From positions 608,001 to 672,000 of the forward strand of contig CBDBOV010000004.1 in NCBI GenBank assembly GCA_965208575.1: DNA of 64,000 nt, given 5' to 3'. Numbering within the stretch: the first letter of the stretch is position 1; each line of letters begins with the position of its first letter. Below the pieces are notes generated by a model, which saw nothing but the letters and a program-made list of their open reading frames with translations, was not told the DNA's origin and made no database searches. The translations under genes and the position numbers were made by a program. This DNA is from Spirochaetia bacterium (GTDB lineage Bacteria > Spirochaetota > Spirochaetia > SZUA-6 > Bin103). Positions 60,306 through 64,000 of the stretch are shown here, in pieces.

Positions 60306-60796
60306 GCTAACCCGGACAAGCGCCTACGTGGACTCCGGCGTGCTCATCAAGCTCTACGTCCGCGAGCCCAATTCAGCGGCGGCCGCACAACTCGTGACGG
60401 CCTTCCCTTCAGTGAAGCTCTATCCGTTCCAGGAGTTGGAGGTAAGAAACACCCTGCGCGCGCTCGCCGGGCGCACCATCATCACCGACGCGCAACGGGC
60501 AGTCGCGGAGCACGAGTTCGAGCGTGACCTGATATTGGGAAGGCTGCGACGCGCGGTTCCCGACTGGCGACAGGTGTTCCAGGTCGCCCTACGACTCTCA
60601 ATGGACCACACCGCCGCAACGCTCGCCCGCTCCTTGGACATTCTCCATGTGGCAGTCGCCATCGCCGAACAGGCCGAGCCCTTCATCACGGGAGACCGCC
60701 GCCAGCAGGACGTCGCCCAGCGAGAGGGACTCGCAACGGAGCTCCTGCAGTGAGATTCGCCAGTCATCATGTGAGACACCCAGCCGGTAATACCGA

Positions 60797-61717
60797 TCAT
60801 ATGTGCAGGGCGATGGAGCGGAGGGCGTGATCGCGGTCTTCTGGGGTTGCGGGCGGTTCGAGGCCGAGGCTGCGGTAGGGGAACGGGTCTTCGTTGGGGA
60901 AGCGGCCCGAGATGCGGCGGGCTTCGACGGCGATCGGGATCAGTAGCCGGCGGGCCTCGATTGCCGCTTCGTCCCAGGCGGCGCGGATTGCGTCGCGGTG
61001 GTGGAAGCCGACGTACCAGGTGACGCGCAGGTCGGGGGAGACATTCGGCTGGGAGCCGTGCGCGATGGAGCGGCTGTGGATGTTGGCGTCGCCCGGACCC
61101 ACCGGGGCGGCCACGGCGCCCGGCAACGCGAAGCCGTGCCGCTGCACCATCGCGTTCAGGTCGAGGATGCCGCGCCGGTGCGAGCCGGGCAGCACGTGTA
61201 CCGCGCCGTTGGCGACCGCCGACGGGGTCAGGTAGATGCCGAAGTTGTGGCCGCGCTCGGCCACCGCGCCGGTCCTGAAGTTGCCGTCCTGGTGCCAGGG
61301 AAAGCCGGCGCCGTGGTGCGGCATCTTGAGCACGATCGACTCGTCGAACGGCACCATCAGGTCGCCGTACAGTTCGTGCGCCGCGCGCAGGATGCGCGGG
61401 TTGCCGTACGCCTCCAGGAACAGCCGCGACCGCCACGCCGGGTACCGGATGCGGTTCAGCACCGGCTCGCCGGCGTCGTCGAACGGGAATGCGTAGTCCT
61501 CGGGATGGCTGACCGGATCGCCGTGAGCGTCGACCGGCCCCTTCGGTGCGGCCGGTGCCCGGTCGATCAGCCGGCGGGTTTCCGCCAGCAGCTCCCCCGC
61601 TTCGGCCTCGTCGATCAGCCCCTGCAGCAGGTAGAACCCCTGCTCGCGCAACTCGGCCAACTGCGGCCGGCCAAGCACGCGAACCACTCGGTCGCCCTGG
61701 TCCTGCCGCACGCTCAT
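60797..61717 (-). CDS. Phytanoyl-CoA dioxygenase (PhyH) family protein
   Basis: LKMP, WHQDG, NGAVHVLPGSH, PGDANIH and HGSQPN. Confidence 0.88.
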   Translation of the reverse strand: MSVRQDQGDRVVRVLGRPQLAELREQGFYLLQGLIDEAEAGELLAETRRLIDRAPAAPKGPVDAHGDPVSHPEDYAFPFDDAGEPVLNRIRYPAWRSRLFLEAYGNPRILRAAHELYGDLMVPFDESIVLKMPHHGAGFPWHQDGNFRTGAVAERGHNFGIYLTPSAVANGAVHVLPGSHRRGILDLNAMVQRHGFALPGAVAAPVGPGDANIHSRSIAHGSQPNVSPDLRVTWYVGFHHRDAIRAAWDEAAIEARRLLIPIAVEARRISGRFPNEDPFPYRSLGLEPPATPEDRDHALRSIALHI

Positions 61718-61865
61718 GCCCGCTCCCCCGGCTCTCTGCGACACGGCGTGACCCGCACAGCCGGCACCAAGTCGAAACGCGGCGGCGCGCCGTCGCCGGA
61801 CTCCCGAGAGACCGCGGCGGCGTATCCGACCCGCGTGACCCCGTTCGAGCAACAGCAACGGTATC

Positions 61866-62903
61866 TCATACCGCACCCACTTCCAGGGGTGTCCCCTGTG
61901 CGGCCGAGTCGTACGCGGCGAACACCATCGCAAGCGTGCCCAGATTGTCGCGCCCGCTGGTGGGGTGCTCCGGCCCGCCGGCGATCCACTCCGTGAACTG
62001 GCGCACCGTGGTCTGCCAGGCGACGGTCCGGAACTCGTCGCGCGCAGGCAGGTCGGGGAAGATCCACGACTTGAGGTCGGCGCTGTACGCCTTCAGCGGG
62101 GTGTCGGCGTCGGGATTGAGGTAGATCGAGCCGCGCTCGCACTCGATGTGCGTCCAGCCGTCCCACTGCATCGCGCCGCCGTGGCAGTCGGTGGAGTTGA
62201 ACACCTGGAAGGTGCAAGCCGGGAAATCCACCGTGGAGACGCCCCAAGTGTCGCCGCGCTCGCCGATGGCGGTCCGGAACGGCGCCTGCCCGGCGCGCGT
62301 GTAGATGCGCTGCGGCTCCTCGGCGAGCAGGAAGCGCAGCATGTCGAAGTGGTGCACGGTGCCGTTGAGCAGCATCACCTTGTCGAACTTCACGAAGTAG
62401 TCGCTGCGCTTGGCGCCCTTGAGCGGAAACCAGGCGAAATGCGCCATGCGCAACTCGCCCAGGAACGGTTTGCCGAGGGTGCCGGAGCGCAGCAGGTCGT
62501 ATGCCGCCTTGACGTGCGGGAAGTTGCGGTACTGCTGCGACACGGCCAGCTTGACGCCCGCCTCGTCGCAGGCCGCGACCATCTGCCGAGCCTGCTCGCG
62601 GGTCAGCGCCATCGGCTTCTCCACCAGCGGGTGGACGCCCGCCGCGGCGCACGCGAGCACGATGTCGAGGCGGTCGTGGGTGGTGGAGGTACACACGGTC
62701 ACGAAGTCGAGCCGCTCGGCCTCCAGCATGGCGCGCACGTCGGTGTAGGTACTCTCGAAGCCGAACCGCCGCTGAAACTCGTCGGCGGCTGGTTCGTAGA
62801 TGTCGCAGCAGGCCACCATCTCGAACAGATGGCTGTAGGCCGCCATGTGCCCGCGCGCTATGCCTCCGCACCCGATCAATCCGTATCTCAAGCCGTCCGC
62901 CAT
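61866..62903 (-). CDS. Gfo/Idh/MocA-family oxidoreductase
   Basis: GLIGCGGIA, LVEKPMA and HHFD. Confidence 0.9.
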   Translation of the reverse strand: MADGLRYGLIGCGGIARGHMAAYSHLFEMVACCDIYEPAADEFQRRFGFESTYTDVRAMLEAERLDFVTVCTSTTHDRLDIVLACAAAGVHPLVEKPMALTREQARQMVAACDEAGVKLAVSQQYRNFPHVKAAYDLLRSGTLGKPFLGELRMAHFAWFPLKGAKRSDYFVKFDKVMLLNGTVHHFDMLRFLLAEEPQRIYTRAGQAPFRTAIGERGDTWGVSTVDFPACTFQVFNSTDCHGGAMQWDGWTHIECERGSIYLNPDADTPLKAYSADLKSWIFPDLPARDEFRTVAWQTTVRQFTEWIAGGPEHPTSGRDNLGTLAMVFAAYDSAAQGTPLEVGAV

Positions 62904-63236
62904 GCAACCTCGCTCCCGGCTTTCAACGCCGCGTCTGTTTGGTAGCCCTGTTTCCCACCGACCGTCAACGCCACCCGCAGCGGCTGCTGCCGCCCGTAAG
63001 GGTGCGAACGCCAAGAGCAGCGGGACTTGACCCTTGGGATAGCTATGCAGTGTATGGCAGCACCGCGACGCCGGCCGACCGGCCGGGCGCGCGAGCCGAG
63101 CCTTCTCTGCTTGCGGCCACTCCCACCTGTCGGCGCTTGACCTATGGCACGTTCCAACACGGCGACACCCGCTTGCAGGCCGGCGTCGCAACGCGTGTTG
63201 ACGCTCGGTGCCAAGCCAGAGACGCTACCTGAAGCG

Positions 63237-64000
63237 ATGCAGAAAGGAAGCCGGAGAGGGGCAGCGGCCGGAATCAGGACGGCGGGAATCGGGCTGCTGT
63301 GTGGCCTCGCCGCGGTCTCGCCGCTCATCGGCGAAGGTGCGGGCGCGTGCGCACCGGCGGGGAGTGTTCTGCGGTTTGGTTTCTATGCGCACTTCGAGCC
63401 GGTGAGCTACAGCGCCGACCCGGATCCGGCATCACTGGGGTTCGACGACCATCGGGGATACGAGGCGGACCTGCTGACCGCGCTGGAAGCGATGGAGGGG
63501 GCAAACCTGACCTTCGACCGGGGCGGGATCGGGGCATGGGACGGAATCTGGCAGCAGCCGGTCGGCCCTGAATACGACATCGTGGGGGGCGGCATCACGA
63601 TCCTTGATTCCCGCACCCGCGACGCCGCCGGCAGGAGTGTGGTCGTGTTCACCGCCGGCCACATCACGTTTCGCCAGTCGCTGCTGGTGCGGGCGGCGGA
63701 CGCGGAGCGTTTGTCCGGGCACGGTGATCTGACCGGAGCGGACCGGGTAGGCGTGTTGACCGGGACCACGGGGGAGGCGCGCTTCCTGGAGCTTACCGGG
63801 ATCGCCAACGCCGCCGGGGTGCTGGCTGCCGGCACACGAGTGGAGGCGGCGGGTGGAGTGGTGGTAGCCAACGGCAGCGCCGATTACGTCGTGGGCGCTG
63901 CGGGCGCCACCCTGGGCCTGGGGGACCGGCAGCGTCTGCGGCCCGCCGATGAGGACAAGCCGCAGGTGGTCTACTTCACCGAGGAAGCGGCGCTGATCGA
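63237..64000 (+). CDS. Family-3-type (amino-acid) transporter substrate-binding protein, runs off window end
   Basis: Read manually: MQKGSRR...hydrophobic signal...LRFGFYAHFEPVSY...GYEADLL...YDIVGGGITILDSR...FRQSLLVR...VGVLTGTTGE. Confidence 0.7.
   Translation, partial: MQKGSRRGAAAGIRTAGIGLLCGLAAVSPLIGEGAGACAPAGSVLRFGFYAHFEPVSYSADPDPASLGFDDHRGYEADLLTALEAMEGANLTFDRGGIGAWDGIWQQPVGPEYDIVGGGITILDSRTRDAAGRSVVVFTAGHITFRQSLLVRAADAERLSGHGDLTGADRVGVLTGTTGEARFLELTGIANAAGVLAAGTRVEAAGGVVVANGSADYVVGAAGATLGLGDRQRLRPADEDKPQVVYFTEEAALI

Larger units (their letters stand above)
58305..60753 (+). pseudogene. VapC/PIN toxin interrupted in codon 8 by IS1634 (58305..58327 plus 60312..60753)
   Basis: Removing the IS and one target copy restores MSEQAALTRTSAYVDSGVLIKLYVRE...RSLDILHVA...FITGDRRQ in frame. 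Confidence 0.88.

Noticed and set aside
62904-63236. Riboswitch or ncRNA in the divergent intergenic region
   Set aside because: Only small hairpins (e.g. CCC-GTAA-GGG); no recognisable consensus and no second copy to test covariation.

Overview
This is a high-GC window from a transporter-rich heterotroph. The signal peptides, the expanded family-5 solute-binding proteins (SBPs), the PhyH dioxygenases and the sulfotransferase suggest a sponge- or marine-associated Spirochaetales-like organism; that placement is inference only. The first ~26 kb is a heavily rearranged accessory region. It holds three paralogous peptide-type SBPs, a dppBC pair, GMC, M28, DMFase-like, GNAT, sulfotransferase and aminotransferase cargo genes, IS remnants, several toxin-antitoxin (TA) loci and three pairs of long direct repeats. 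The rest encodes AddAB, a DUF1828 insert, GlgX, Fic, a GH13_18 phosphorylase, two IS1634 copies with 6-bp target duplications, a sugar-ABC/suyAB sulfonate cluster, a collapsed PHP-ATPase defence remnant, a peptide ABC system with a permease-ATPase fusion, two PhyH genes and a Gfo/Idh/MocA gene. The most striking unexplained signal concerns the SBPs. Two of them share a near-identical ~620-bp module (promoter, ~450-nt hairpin-rich leader with a compensatory base-pair change, signal peptide) fused to different binding domains, each backed by a toxin-dead brnTA locus. The third SBP has a covarying triple-hairpin leader and is followed by an orphan 3' tail of another SBP. Together these suggest cassette-like exchange of SBP binding domains, which is a hypothesis.
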